Shown here piece after piece: positions 10,126 to 19,463 of a DNA stretch of 63,836 nucleotides. The notes beneath the pieces are model-generated. The model worked only from the letters and a program-made list of their open reading frames with translations. It searched no databases and was not told where the DNA came from. The translations under genes and the position numbers were made by a program. Origin of the DNA: Holosporaceae bacterium UBA7879 (GTDB lineage Bacteria > Pseudomonadota > Alphaproteobacteria > UBA7879). Numbering within the stretch: the first letter of the stretch is position 1; each line of letters starts with the position of its first letter. The stretch spans positions 1 to 63,836 of the forward strand of contig DLRV01000020.1 in NCBI GenBank assembly GCA_002500565.1, read 5' to 3'.

Positions 10126-11018
10126 CCTCTATTTTCTCTGAACAGAATATTGAAACAATACTAAAAGTTTATCCAGCTTTATTGGCTTTAGGAAAACATC
10201 GAAATTATGAAAAGGCAGCTCAAGAAATTGGTCTTTCAGAGTCAGGGTTACGCGCACAGATTGATGATCTGGAGAGAGAAATTGGTGAAGGGGTTTTTAT
10301 TAAAATTCATCAAAAATTGTTTATCACGCCTCTTGGAGAGCAACTAATTAAGGTCTGTCAAAACTATCAATACAATAAAAATATTCTTTTAAAGCAGAAA
10401 GGATTTTCACCAAAAATTTTAACTGTTCAATTGACTGCGACGACTGAGAAATTATTTGGTGCTGACATTATCGATATTTTAATAAAATCATTTCCTGACT
10501 ATTCATTACAAATAAGGGTGTCGGAATCTTTGCCTGATTTTTCTACGGGAGAAATTGACATGGCTTTAAATTATTTTTATCAGGGGTCGAGCCCTGATAT
10601 TGATTCTTTTACTCTGACACGCTTTAAGCTGTTGTTGTATGCCTCCCAGCATTATTTAGATAAATCCCCTCCTTTAGATCATGCAGAGGATCTAAAAAAT
10701 CATGAACTTGTTGGCTATCAAGGCCAGCAAAATTCCATTATTGATTTGAACTGGTTTACGCGGTTGGTTCAACCAGAGACGTTGCCGCTAAACTTTATCA
10801 CGAGCTCAACTTTCTCTTTGATTTCTATGATAAAGAGAGGTGTTGGTATCGGATCTTTTGCCAGTCATGTAAAACGGTTTGCCAGAAAAGATTTAGTGCA
10901 TGTGCTTCCTCAATATGAAGGAAGTGGCCATACTCTTTATTGGATGTATAATAAACGAATAATAGATTTAGAAAAAATCCAATCAATTATTAACCCAATA
11001 AGAAGTATTTTTAACTAA
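10122..11018 (+). CDS. LysR-type transcriptional regulator
   Basis: HTH region NYEKAAQEIGLSESGLRAQIDDLEREIGEGVFIKIHQKLFITPLGEQL with an LTTR-sized C-terminal domain. Its start overlaps the upstream LTTR stop by 4 nt (ATGA). Confidence 0.75.
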   Translation: MTSIFSEQNIETILKVYPALLALGKHRNYEKAAQEIGLSESGLRAQIDDLEREIGEGVFIKIHQKLFITPLGEQLIKVCQNYQYNKNILLKQKGFSPKILTVQLTATTEKLFGADIIDILIKSFPDYSLQIRVSESLPDFSTGEIDMALNYFYQGSSPDIDSFTLTRFKLLLYASQHYLDKSPPLDHAEDLKNHELVGYQGQQNSIIDLNWFTRLVQPETLPLNFITSSTFSLISMIKRGVGIGSFASHVKRFARKDLVHVLPQYEGSGHTLYWMYNKRIIDLEKIQSIINPIRSIFN

Positions 11019-11084
11019 TCAGCTATCAAAGGTTGAATTTTTCCATTGCTCTTACTATTTGGTCAAAAAAATAGAGATAGAGTA

Positions 11085-11726
11085 ATGACTGAAAACTTCT
11101 TTAAAAAAATTAAAGAAGATGGTGTTGTGCTAATTAAAGCGGGATCGCACTGTTTTGATCAAAAAACACTTAAAAAAATTCAAGCGGTGTTTGACTTTAA
11201 TCAGCTTCTATATAAGCATGTTAGTAATAGTATGATTGATACAAAAGTTTCTGTTTATAATTATAAGCCAAAAACACCTGCAAGTTCTGAGTATGAATGT
11301 GAAAAGATTAAGTTATTGTTTTCAGAAGGCTTTAAAAACTTTATTCGCCAAGTCACAGATCTTGAACAGCCTTATATAGAGAGGTTGCAAGCCCATTACT
11401 ATATTGGCGGTAATTATATTGCTGCCCATGTGGATCAAGATGCGCAACCTTTTGTTAAGTATACTTTTATTCTTGGATTAGATTGTGATTATGATGGGGG
11501 TGAATTGGTTGTTCACCACCCTAAAAAAGGACTTATTCCGTATAAGATTGAACCAAATGACTTGTTGATTTTGGATGCACGCTATCGACATGAGGTGACT
11601 GAAATTACCAGAGGAAGACGTCATATGGTTATTGGCTTTATGATGGAAGAAAGCCAAGTGGGCGTTCCATATAAAATGAAGCTTAACGATGGTAAGAACG
11701 GATTTAAAGAGGGTGTTTCTTATTAA
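11085..11726 (+). CDS. 2-oxoglutarate/Fe(II)-dependent oxygenase (prolyl-4-hydroxylase-like)
   Basis: Facial triad H-x-D (AAHVDQD) plus distal His (RYRHEVTEI) and a downstream Arg (TRGRRHMV). ATG at 11085; the ORF track starts at TTG 11046. Followed by a strong terminator. Confidence 0.7.
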   Translation: MTENFFKKIKEDGVVLIKAGSHCFDQKTLKKIQAVFDFNQLLYKHVSNSMIDTKVSVYNYKPKTPASSEYECEKIKLLFSEGFKNFIRQVTDLEQPYIERLQAHYYIGGNYIAAHVDQDAQPFVKYTFILGLDCDYDGGELVVHHPKKGLIPYKIEPNDLLILDARYRHEVTEITRGRRHMVIGFMMEESQVGVPYKMKLNDGKNGFKEGVSY

Positions 11727-11749
11727 GTTTTCTTTATGATTACAAAATA

Positions 11750-11778
11750 AAAAACCAGGCAATTAGCCTGGTTTTTTT
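11750..11778 (+). terminator. Rho-independent terminator closing the island
   Basis: AAAAA-CCAGGC-aatta-GCCTGG-TTTTTTT: a perfect 6-bp GC-rich stem with a T7 tail, 24 nt after the oxygenase stop. Confidence 0.8.
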
Positions 11779-11923
11779 GTGCCTGCACCAAATTATCAAT
11801 TGTTATTGTCTGTGCCTCTATCGTTTTTCTTAATAGATGCGCGCTAATTTTAAAATTTATTTAGTTAGTAAATAGTTATTTTTTCTTACTTTTTAAGAAT
11901 CTAATACTTATTTTTGCATTATA

Positions 11924-11970
11924 TTCCATATTAATCCCATTGTTTCCCATGTGAAACCATGTTATACCAT
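11924..11970 (+). promoter_or_regulatory. Putative MraZ operator: phased CCAT (bottom strand ATGG) direct repeats
   Basis: Four consecutive 10-nt blocks end in CCAT (11937-40, 11947-50, 11957-60, 11967-70), with a fifth copy 1 nt out of register (11926-29). On the bottom strand these read ATGGGA, ATGGGA, ATGGTT and ATGGTA. They lie 33-80 nt upstream of the mraZ ATG. Confidence 0.5.
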
Positions 11971-12002
11971 AGATGGTTGTAATGTGTTGAAAACTGAGGT
12001 CT

Positions 12003-12464
12003 ATGGTGTCGTTATTCCTATCGACTTTTATCAATAAGGTTGATCGTAAGGGGCGTGTCTCTGTGCCGGCTTCTTTTCGTGCAACTTTAGCTGATCAAAG
12101 TTTTCATGGAATTGTGGTTTTTAAGTCGTACCGTCAAGCGGCGCTTGAGGGGTGTGGCATAAACCGTATGCACTTGTTGAGCCAGCAAGTTGATGATCAA
12201 ATGGATCTTTTTTCCGAAGATCAAGATGATATGACGGCGACATTATTTGCCGATGCTCAGCAATTAGGGTTTGACACGGATGGACGGGTGATGTTGCCGG
12301 AGGCTTTTAGAGCTTATGCCAATATTACAGATTCTGCTGCTTTTGTTGGAAGGGGTGCAACCTTTCAAATCTGGCAACCGGATGCATTTAAAGTTCATCA
12401 AGATCAGGCGCGAAAAAGACTGCATCAGCGTGGGGCGACATTAAAAATTAAAAGTAAAGACTAG
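12003..12464 (+). CDS. mraZ: Division/cell wall cluster transcriptional regulator MraZ
   Basis: Duplicated SpoVT/AbrB-like motifs (DRKGRVSVPASFR and DTDGRVMLPEAFR). First gene of the dcw cluster. Confidence 0.93.
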   Translation: MVSLFLSTFINKVDRKGRVSVPASFRATLADQSFHGIVVFKSYRQAALEGCGINRMHLLSQQVDDQMDLFSEDQDDMTATLFADAQQLGFDTDGRVMLPEAFRAYANITDSAAFVGRGATFQIWQPDAFKVHQDQARKRLHQRGATLKIKSKD

Positions 12465-12502
12465 AGCATAAAGATATGGTCGAGTTTAAGGGGAGAACAC
12501 AC

Positions 12503-13465
12503 ATGACAGGAAATGAGCAAATTCCTTCTTTGCACAGTCCTGTTATGATTAATGAAGTTCTTTATGCTATGTCGCCCCGCGCTGGTGCAGTTTATGTGGA
12601 TGGAACATTTGGCCGTGGTGGATACAGTCGTGCTCTTATGAATGAAGCGGATTGTCAAGTCGTTGCTATAGATCGTGATCCTGATGCTTTGGATGCTGCG
12701 CAAGATTTGGAAAAAGAATATCGAAAAAGATTCAAGTTTGTTGAGGGGTGCTTTGGCCAAATCAAAGAAACACTAACAGAACTGGGTCACGAAAAGGTTG
12801 ATGGCATTGTGTTAGATCTGGGTGTGTCCTCGCCGCAAATAGATCAGAGAGAACGCGGGTTTTCCTTCCAATCAGAAGGCCCGCTTGATATGCGGATGAG
12901 TCGATCGGGCTTATCGGCTGCTGATGTTGTAAATACGTACTCCCAAGAAGATATTGCCAACATTTTATACCAATATGGTGAAGAAAAAAAATCAAGAGCC
13001 ATTGCGCGAAAGATAGTTGAAAGGCGTTCTGAGAAAAAAGTTGAGACAACTCTTGAGCTTGCCAATCTTATTCGTTCAGTCATCCCAGATCATGTTTCTG
13101 GGCGGATTCATCCAGCTACACGCACATTTCAGGCATTGAGAATTTATGTAAACCAAGAGCTTGAAGAGCTTGAAAAATTCTTAGAGCAGGTAATGGGCTG
13201 TCTGAAAGAAAATGGGCGCTTGGTTATAGTAAGCTTCCATTCATTGGAAGACAGATTGGTTAAAAAGTTTTTTGCAGCAAATGCTCAAAAGCAAGAAAGC
13301 CCAAATAGGAATTTGCCACTGTATATGCCGAGAAAGGCAGCCCATTACTTCATCCAGCCTGATCGTAAAGGGCTTATCGCAAGTGAAGCTGAAGTTCAGA
13401 TGAACCCTCGATCAAGGTCTGCAAGGCTTAGGTGGGGAATTTTAGAGCGTGGAGAGGTAGCATGA
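12503..13465 (+). CDS. rsmH: 16S rRNA (cytosine1402-N4)-methyltransferase
   Basis: HSPVMINEVL, SAM-binding DGTFGRGGYS, DLGVSSPQID, SFHSLEDR. The ATG at 12503 follows AAGGGGA; the ORF track's upstream ATG at 12476 is also possible. Confidence 0.92.
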   Translation: MTGNEQIPSLHSPVMINEVLYAMSPRAGAVYVDGTFGRGGYSRALMNEADCQVVAIDRDPDALDAAQDLEKEYRKRFKFVEGCFGQIKETLTELGHEKVDGIVLDLGVSSPQIDQRERGFSFQSEGPLDMRMSRSGLSAADVVNTYSQEDIANILYQYGEEKKSRAIARKIVERRSEKKVETTLELANLIRSVIPDHVSGRIHPATRTFQALRIYVNQELEELEKFLEQVMGCLKENGRLVIVSFHSLEDRLVKKFFAANAQKQESPNRNLPLYMPRKAAHYFIQPDRKGLIASEAEVQMNPRSRSARLRWGILERGEVA

Positions 13466-13812
13466 CTCTAAAGTACCATCATCTAAAGCTTATTAACTAT
13501 GTTTCGATGGCGGCTGTTTTTTTGATTGGGGTTTTTTTATACAAAACCAGTTATGACGTTCGTTTTCTTAAGTCAGATCATGAGCGCATGGAGGCTGAGC
13601 TTGCAACAGTGATGCAGGCTATGCATGTTCTTAAGGCGGAGTGGTCTTATTTAGATTCGCCGGCTCATTTGAAAAAGCTGAGCAATAAAGTTTTGCCACA
13701 TAAGCCAGCGCGCGTTATGCAGCTTGCTTCTTGGAAAAGTCTGGATGTGGCTAAGATAGGACCACATACAGTCCTTGCTTACAAACAACCTCAAAAGAGG
13801 AGGGCTGTTTGA
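13462..13812 (+). CDS. ftsL: Cell division protein FtsL (alphaproteobacterial type)
   Basis: Small bitopic protein with one TM (VSMAAVFLIGVFLY) followed by a coiled-coil-like segment. Sits between rsmH and ftsI. The ATG at 13462 overlaps the rsmH stop (ATGA). Confidence 0.7.
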   Translation: MTLKYHHLKLINYVSMAAVFLIGVFLYKTSYDVRFLKSDHERMEAELATVMQAMHVLKAEWSYLDSPAHLKKLSNKVLPHKPARVMQLASWKSLDVAKIGPHTVLAYKQPQKRRAV

Positions 13813-15506
13813 TGACTGTCACAACGTTGAAATCTACTGCCCATGATCGGTTTGCGGCGCACAGTAATATGCTTTTAGACTATGCCAATCGTATCTATCT
13901 TATAGCGGCCTTGGTTGTTGTTTTGATTTTGCTTGTATGTGGGCGATTGTTTCTTTTGGTTCAAGTTAGTGCGTATTCAAAAGATACAGCGGTGCGTGAA
14001 TTAGAAACAGTTGCATCTAGGCGAGATATTGTTGATCGAAATGGTTCGATTCTTGCAACAAATCTTATGACTGGTTCGTTATATGCAAATCCAAAAGAAA
14101 TAACAAATCCTAGGATGGTAGCTAATAAAATCCATAAAATTTTTCCTGAATTAGATAAAAAAAAACTTTTAAATAAACTTCAATCACAAAAAAGCTTTGT
14201 TTGGGTAAAGAGGAATGTTACGCCAGCTCAACAGCAAAAGTTTTTACAGCTTGGACTTGTTGGTGTTTATATTGAGAGATCGGAAAAGAGAGCCTATATT
14301 CATGGTCGAACTACTGGCCATTTATTGGGATTCACCTCAATTGATATGCAGGGAAGGTCTGGGATTGAGAGGTTTTTTGATAAAGAATTGGTTGGATATG
14401 GAAAGCCTTTAGCTTTGTCAGTTGATATACGTGTGCAAAATATTGTGCATGAAGTTCTGGGTGAGGCTATTAAGACATTCTCTGCTGAGGGTGGCACCGC
14501 TGTGATGATTGATGTTGAGAGTGGTGAGATAATTGCTATGGTTTCTTTCCCTGATTTTGACCCTCATATGGTGACGCAAAATTCTAAAGCAGCTATGTTC
14601 AATATGGCCACACAAGGCATCTATGAGTTGGGGTCTATATTCAAGGTTTTTACAACAGTTGCTGCTTTTGAATCGGGTGCCGTTAAGTTGTCTGATCAAT
14701 TCGACGCAACGAAAGCAATAAAAATTGGTAAGTTCCGCGTGGGAGATTACAGAGGGAAAAATAGATGGCTCTCTGTTCCTGAAATTTTTATTTATTCTTC
14801 AAACATTGGCGCAATGAAAATGCTGCTTGAAATGGGTAAGGATAAATTACAAGAAACTTATCAGAAACTAGGATTATTTGAGCCACTTGTAGGCCTTGAA
14901 TTTGGTGAGATTGCACAGCCATCATTAACGGGACATTGGTCTGAGGCACGGGCTTTGACCGCCTCTTATGGCTATGGCGTAGCAACGACGCCGTTACATT
15001 TTTTAAGAGCATTAGCTGCTGTTGTAAATGGTGGCAAGCTTATAAACCCAACCTTTGTTAAAGGCAACCCAGGGCGTATAGAACAAAGAGTGATATCTGA
15101 AAAAACATCTAGAACCATTCGAAAACTTATGTACAAAGCAGCGTTACAAGGAACAAGCCGCCGATCTCGGGTAAATGGCTATATGGTGGGCGGTAAAACC
15201 GGATCGGCAAATAAAATTATTGATGGTAAATATGATAAGAAAAAACACCTTGCAAGTGTGACGACTATCTTCCCCATGAACAAGCCAAGGTATGCAATGT
15301 TAATTACTTTAGATGCGCCACAAGGGACAAAAGAAACGCATGGGTTTTCAACCGGTGGATGGACAGCAGCGCCTGTTGCTGCAAAGATAATTGAACAAGC
15401 TGGGCCCCTATTGGGTGTGTTGCCTGTGGATGAAAACGACGAGGTTATCCAAAAAGCGATGTACGTTAAAGTAGAGTATGACAATGAAAAACGTGCGCTT
15501 GGATAA
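13809..15506 (+). CDS. ftsI: Peptidoglycan D,D-transpeptidase FtsI (PBP3)
   Basis: N-terminal TM and transpeptidase motifs SIFK, SSN and KTGS. Canonical dcw position. Confidence 0.9.
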   Translation: MMTVTTLKSTAHDRFAAHSNMLLDYANRIYLIAALVVVLILLVCGRLFLLVQVSAYSKDTAVRELETVASRRDIVDRNGSILATNLMTGSLYANPKEITNPRMVANKIHKIFPELDKKKLLNKLQSQKSFVWVKRNVTPAQQQKFLQLGLVGVYIERSEKRAYIHGRTTGHLLGFTSIDMQGRSGIERFFDKELVGYGKPLALSVDIRVQNIVHEVLGEAIKTFSAEGGTAVMIDVESGEIIAMVSFPDFDPHMVTQNSKAAMFNMATQGIYELGSIFKVFTTVAAFESGAVKLSDQFDATKAIKIGKFRVGDYRGKNRWLSVPEIFIYSSNIGAMKMLLEMGKDKLQETYQKLGLFEPLVGLEFGEIAQPSLTGHWSEARALTASYGYGVATTPLHFLRALAAVVNGGKLINPTFVKGNPGRIEQRVISEKTSRTIRKLMYKAALQGTSRRSRVNGYMVGGKTGSANKIIDGKYDKKKHLASVTTIFPMNKPRYAMLITLDAPQGTKETHGFSTGGWTAAPVAAKIIEQAGPLLGVLPVDENDEVIQKAMYVKVEYDNEKRALG

Positions 15507-16977
15507 GTTGTTGGCAGTTCTTGGAGGTGGTTGTAAAACTTCTTTATCTGAGCAATCTCAAAAATCAATCTTACTAAACGATGTTTTTTTAGATTCACGT
15601 AAAGTTACGCCAGGATCTCTTTTTGTTGCTTTACCGAGCTTCGTTGATAGTGGAGCTTATTATATTGATGAGGCCAAGCTGCAAGGTGCTGCAGCTGTTA
15701 TTGTTGAAACGAATGATTTTGAAGCTGTAAAAAAATCTAATAACAACATCCATTTGATCGGCGTTAGCGGTTTGAGGGATCACTTGGGCAAAATAGCTCA
15801 GCTATTCTATCCAAACAAACCTGACTTGATTTACGCAGTGACAGGGACGAATGGAAAAAGTTCTGTTGTTGATTTTCTTAGGCAGTTTTGGGAAGGCTTA
15901 GGAATACAAGGAGCCTCAATTGGAACGATGGGAGTAACTTTTGGTGGAGAAATCTTATCAAGTGGACTCACCACCATGGATAGTGTTTCATTACATAAAG
16001 AGCTTGATCGATTGGCTAGAAAAGGCGTTACGCATGTTGCGATGGAAGCTTCGAGCCATGGCCTTCATCAACATAGATTAAGCGGCATCTTAGCTGATGT
16101 GACGGCCTTTACAAACATTACTCATGAGCATCTTGACTATCATAAAACTTTTGAGAATTACCTAGATGCAAAGCTTTTGCTATTTAAGAAGTATACGAAG
16201 AAAGGCAGCTCTGCAGTTGTTAATGTTGATGGAGAACATTTTAATAAAATAAAGTCTGCTTGTAGAGATCAGCATATTGTTACATATGGCGAAAATAAGT
16301 CGGACTTTCAAATAATAGATATTATTGCAGCGGGCGATGTTCAGCATTTAACAGTAAATGTCTATGGTCAAGAGTATGAATTTACTCTGCCTATAGCGGG
16401 GCATTTTCAAGCCTATAATGTTGTTTGTGCAATGGCTATGATTTTGTCTGCTGAGGAATTTGAAAAACGACAAACATTGTTTCAGAAGCTTATTAAGGTT
16501 GCCAGCAATTTAAAGCCGGTTAAGGGACGACTTGAGAGGGTCGGTAGTTATAATAACGGTTCAATCTATATTGATTTTGCGCATACGCCTGACTCCTTGA
16601 GTATGGTTTTAAACTCGTTGAAAAATCAATTGTCTGGAGATTTGCATGTGGTTTTTGGCTGTGGAGGTAATCGAGACACGTTGAAAAGAAAATTGATGGG
16701 AGAAATTAGCGATAAAGTTGCAGATTATGTTATTATAACTGATGACAACCCACGCAATGAAGAGCCAGCTGTTATTCGAAAAATGATTATGAATTATTGT
16801 CCTAAAGCGATTGAAATTGGAGATCGTCGTGAGGCTATTAAAAAGGCTATACTTCAACTTATGCCGGGAGATGTTTTGGTTATTGCTGGGAAGGGTCATG
16901 AAACAGGGCAAATATATGGGGATAAAGTTATGCCATTTAGTGATCATGCTGTTGTTGGAGAAATATTAGGGGAGTGA
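15478..16977 (+). CDS. murE: UDP-N-acetylmuramoyl-L-alanyl-D-glutamate--2,6-diaminopimelate ligase
   Basis: Mur ligase P-loop VTGTNGKSS and the meso-DAP specificity motif DDNPRNE. Confidence 0.93.
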   Translation: MTMKNVRLDKLLAVLGGGCKTSLSEQSQKSILLNDVFLDSRKVTPGSLFVALPSFVDSGAYYIDEAKLQGAAAVIVETNDFEAVKKSNNNIHLIGVSGLRDHLGKIAQLFYPNKPDLIYAVTGTNGKSSVVDFLRQFWEGLGIQGASIGTMGVTFGGEILSSGLTTMDSVSLHKELDRLARKGVTHVAMEASSHGLHQHRLSGILADVTAFTNITHEHLDYHKTFENYLDAKLLLFKKYTKKGSSAVVNVDGEHFNKIKSACRDQHIVTYGENKSDFQIIDIIAAGDVQHLTVNVYGQEYEFTLPIAGHFQAYNVVCAMAMILSAEEFEKRQTLFQKLIKVASNLKPVKGRLERVGSYNNGSIYIDFAHTPDSLSMVLNSLKNQLSGDLHVVFGCGGNRDTLKRKLMGEISDKVADYVIITDDNPRNEEPAVIRKMIMNYCPKAIEIGDRREAIKKAILQLMPGDVLVIAGKGHETGQIYGDKVMPFSDHAVVGEILGE

Positions 16978-16981
16978 ATAA

Positions 16982-18364
16982 ATGAAATGGAATCAAGCAG
17001 ATATTTTAGCCGCAACTCATGGACGCTTGCATGGGCATGATTTTGTTGCCAATGATGTTGCAATTCATACGGATCACGTCAAAAAAGGCGGAATATATAT
17101 AGCGCTTAAGGGCGAAAAATCTGATGGACACTTGCATGTGGAAAAAGCATTTGAGCGTGGAGCTGTGGCTGTCATTGTTGAAGAATTGCAAAAAAGTCTC
17201 TCTTCTACACAGACGCAAATTGTGGTTAGGGATTCCATGAAAGCTTTGGTTGATATGGCAAAGTGGCGTCGATTGGAATTAAAAAACACTAAGTTTATTG
17301 CGCTCACAGGAAGTGTTGGAAAAACCACAACGCGTATGATGATTGCAAAAGCTCTTGAGTCTTATGGGTCTGTTTTTACAAGCCAGCAAAACTATAATAC
17401 CTTGATTGGTGTTTCCGTTGATATGTGTCGATGCCCTCTTGGTGCTAACTTTGCTGTTTTTGAAGTTGGCATGAATAAGCCGGGTGAAATTGATCCCATC
17501 ACTCAATTGATAAAGCCTGATGTTGCCCTTCTGACCACAATTGCTGAAAATCACATTGAATATTTTGAATCTATTGAGGGGATAGCCTATGAAAAGTCGC
17601 AAATATTCAATGGCTTGTCTTCAAAAGGTGTTGCAGTTTTTAATTTGGATATGCCGTGCCTGAATCTTGTTGCCCCGCTTGTTCAAAGGTTGAATAACCG
17701 GATTTGCTTTTCTCGGCATAATTCCAGAGCAGATGTGTTTCTAGAGCAAACGACAGATGGGAAAAAATATATAAATACCAATGAGGAAGAGTGTGAAATT
17801 ACGCTCAACGAAATTGGTGACCATCTTTATAGTAATGCCCTTGCGGCGATAAGCGTAATATGCGCTCTTGGTCTGAAAATTGAAACGGGCGTTAAAAGCC
17901 TGCGGTCATTTTATTTGCCTAAAGGGAGAGGGGAGGTAAAGTTAGCGCAGAGCGTTTTGGGTAAAAATGGCATGACAATCGATCTTATTGATGATTGTTA
18001 CAATGCAAGCTTTACTTCAACCCAAGCAGCTTTAAAGCGACTTAAAAACATGCAAAGTCGTGGGCGAAAAATTCTGGTATTTGGCGATATGCTTGAATTG
18101 GGTAAGGAATCGCAAGAGTGGCATTTAAAACTTTTGCCTGAAATTATTGATGCAGAAGTGAATAAGGTTTTTTGTTGCGGGGCTTTTTCAGAAAAACTTT
18201 TTCAGGCGCTTCCAGATAACTTAAAAGGATCGTGGTGTCATAAAAGCATTGATCTGCACCCAGTATTGTTAGAGAGCCTTAGGGAAGGGGACATGGTTTT
18301 GGTCAAAGCATCAAACGGAACAAATATGCGTGCGCTTATTGATTTGCTAATAATGGAAAAATAA
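16982..18364 (+). CDS. murF: UDP-N-acetylmuramoyl-tripeptide--D-alanyl-D-alanine ligase
   Basis: P-loop LTGSVGKTTT, Mur ligase architecture, position after murE. Confidence 0.92.
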   Translation: MKWNQADILAATHGRLHGHDFVANDVAIHTDHVKKGGIYIALKGEKSDGHLHVEKAFERGAVAVIVEELQKSLSSTQTQIVVRDSMKALVDMAKWRRLELKNTKFIALTGSVGKTTTRMMIAKALESYGSVFTSQQNYNTLIGVSVDMCRCPLGANFAVFEVGMNKPGEIDPITQLIKPDVALLTTIAENHIEYFESIEGIAYEKSQIFNGLSSKGVAVFNLDMPCLNLVAPLVQRLNNRICFSRHNSRADVFLEQTTDGKKYINTNEEECEITLNEIGDHLYSNALAAISVICALGLKIETGVKSLRSFYLPKGRGEVKLAQSVLGKNGMTIDLIDDCYNASFTSTQAALKRLKNMQSRGRKILVFGDMLELGKESQEWHLKLLPEIIDAEVNKVFCCGAFSEKLFQALPDNLKGSWCHKSIDLHPVLLESLREGDMVLVKASNGTNMRALIDLLIMEK

Positions 18365-18368
18365 CAAT

Positions 18369-19463
18369 ATGTTTTACAATCTTTTCTACCAAAATTCTGT
18401 TGATGTCATTTCAGGGTTTAACCTTTTTAAATATATTACTTTTAGAACAGGTGCGGCTTTTATGACCTCTCTTCTGTTTTCTTTATTATTCGGCGCGCGT
18501 TTTATTTCTTATTTGAAGAAAAAGCAAAAAAAAGGGCAGCCAATTCGAGATGATGGGCCCATTTCCCATATTGTTGCAAAACAAGGAACACCCACAATGG
18601 GAGGGGGTTTGATTTTACTAAGTCTATTAGTTGGAAGCCTGTTGTGGGTTGATCTTACAAATGGTTATTTTTGGACTGTTCTTTTTGTAACCGTTGCCTA
18701 TGGTTTCTTAGGATTTTGCGATGACTATTTAAAGGTGTCACGGCAAAACCCAAAGGGAGTATCTTTTCGAGTGAAAATGGTAATGCAGTTAATAACAGCA
18801 CTGATTGCGCTCTATTTTATCCATATGAATTATGGTTTGGAGGATCAAACATCCATCTATTTGCCTTACCTAAAAAATGTAGTGGTAGATCTTGGGATGT
18901 TCTTTTATATTTTTGCGGTTGTGGTTATTATCGGCAGCTCAAATGCAGTGAATCTGACAGATGGCCTTGATGGATTGGCTATCGGCCCTGTCATTTTTGT
19001 TGGGCTGGTTTTTGCCATTTTTACCTATGTGGCCGGGAATGCTGTTTTTTCTTCTTATCTATACTTACCACATATTGAAAGTAGTGGTGAGCTTGCAGTG
19101 TTTTGTGGTGCGTTGGTTGGGGGTGGACTTGGATTTTTGTGGTTCAATGCCCCGCCAGCACAGGTATTTATGGGCGATACAGGTTCCCTTGCGTTGGGAG
19201 GTGCTTTTGGTGTTATTAGTGTGATCATTAAACAGGAATTTATTTTAGCAATTGCTGGGGGATTATTCGTTATAGAGGCTCTTTCAGTTATGATTCAAGT
19301 GGCCTATTTCAAAATAAGCGGGGGCAAACGAATATTTTTGATGGCACCCCTTCACCATCATTTTGAGAAAAAGGGCTGGGCTGAGCCAACTGTTGTTATT
19401 CGTTTTTGGATTATTGCTATTATTCTTGCTGTGATTGCACTTTCTTCCCTTAAGATCAGATGA
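18369..19463 (+). CDS. mraY: Phospho-N-acetylmuramoyl-pentapeptide transferase
   Basis: Polytopic membrane protein with GTPTMGG, NAVNLTDGLDGLA and HHHFE motifs. Confidence 0.95.
   Translation: MFYNLFYQNSVDVISGFNLFKYITFRTGAAFMTSLLFSLLFGARFISYLKKKQKKGQPIRDDGPISHIVAKQGTPTMGGGLILLSLLVGSLLWVDLTNGYFWTVLFVTVAYGFLGFCDDYLKVSRQNPKGVSFRVKMVMQLITALIALYFIHMNYGLEDQTSIYLPYLKNVVVDLGMFFYIFAVVVIIGSSNAVNLTDGLDGLAIGPVIFVGLVFAIFTYVAGNAVFSSYLYLPHIESSGELAVFCGALVGGGLGFLWFNAPPAQVFMGDTGSLALGGAFGVISVIIKQEFILAIAGGLFVIEALSVMIQVAYFKISGGKRIFLMAPLHHHFEKKGWAEPTVVIRFWIIAIILAVIALSSLKIR

Noticed and set aside
14157-14165. A9 homopolymers in ftsI (14157-14165) and ftsQ (25522-25530) as phase-variation tracts
   Set aside because: They encode Lys runs in essential genes of an AT-rich genome, and the genes show no sign of alternative frames. 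They are most likely ordinary sequence.
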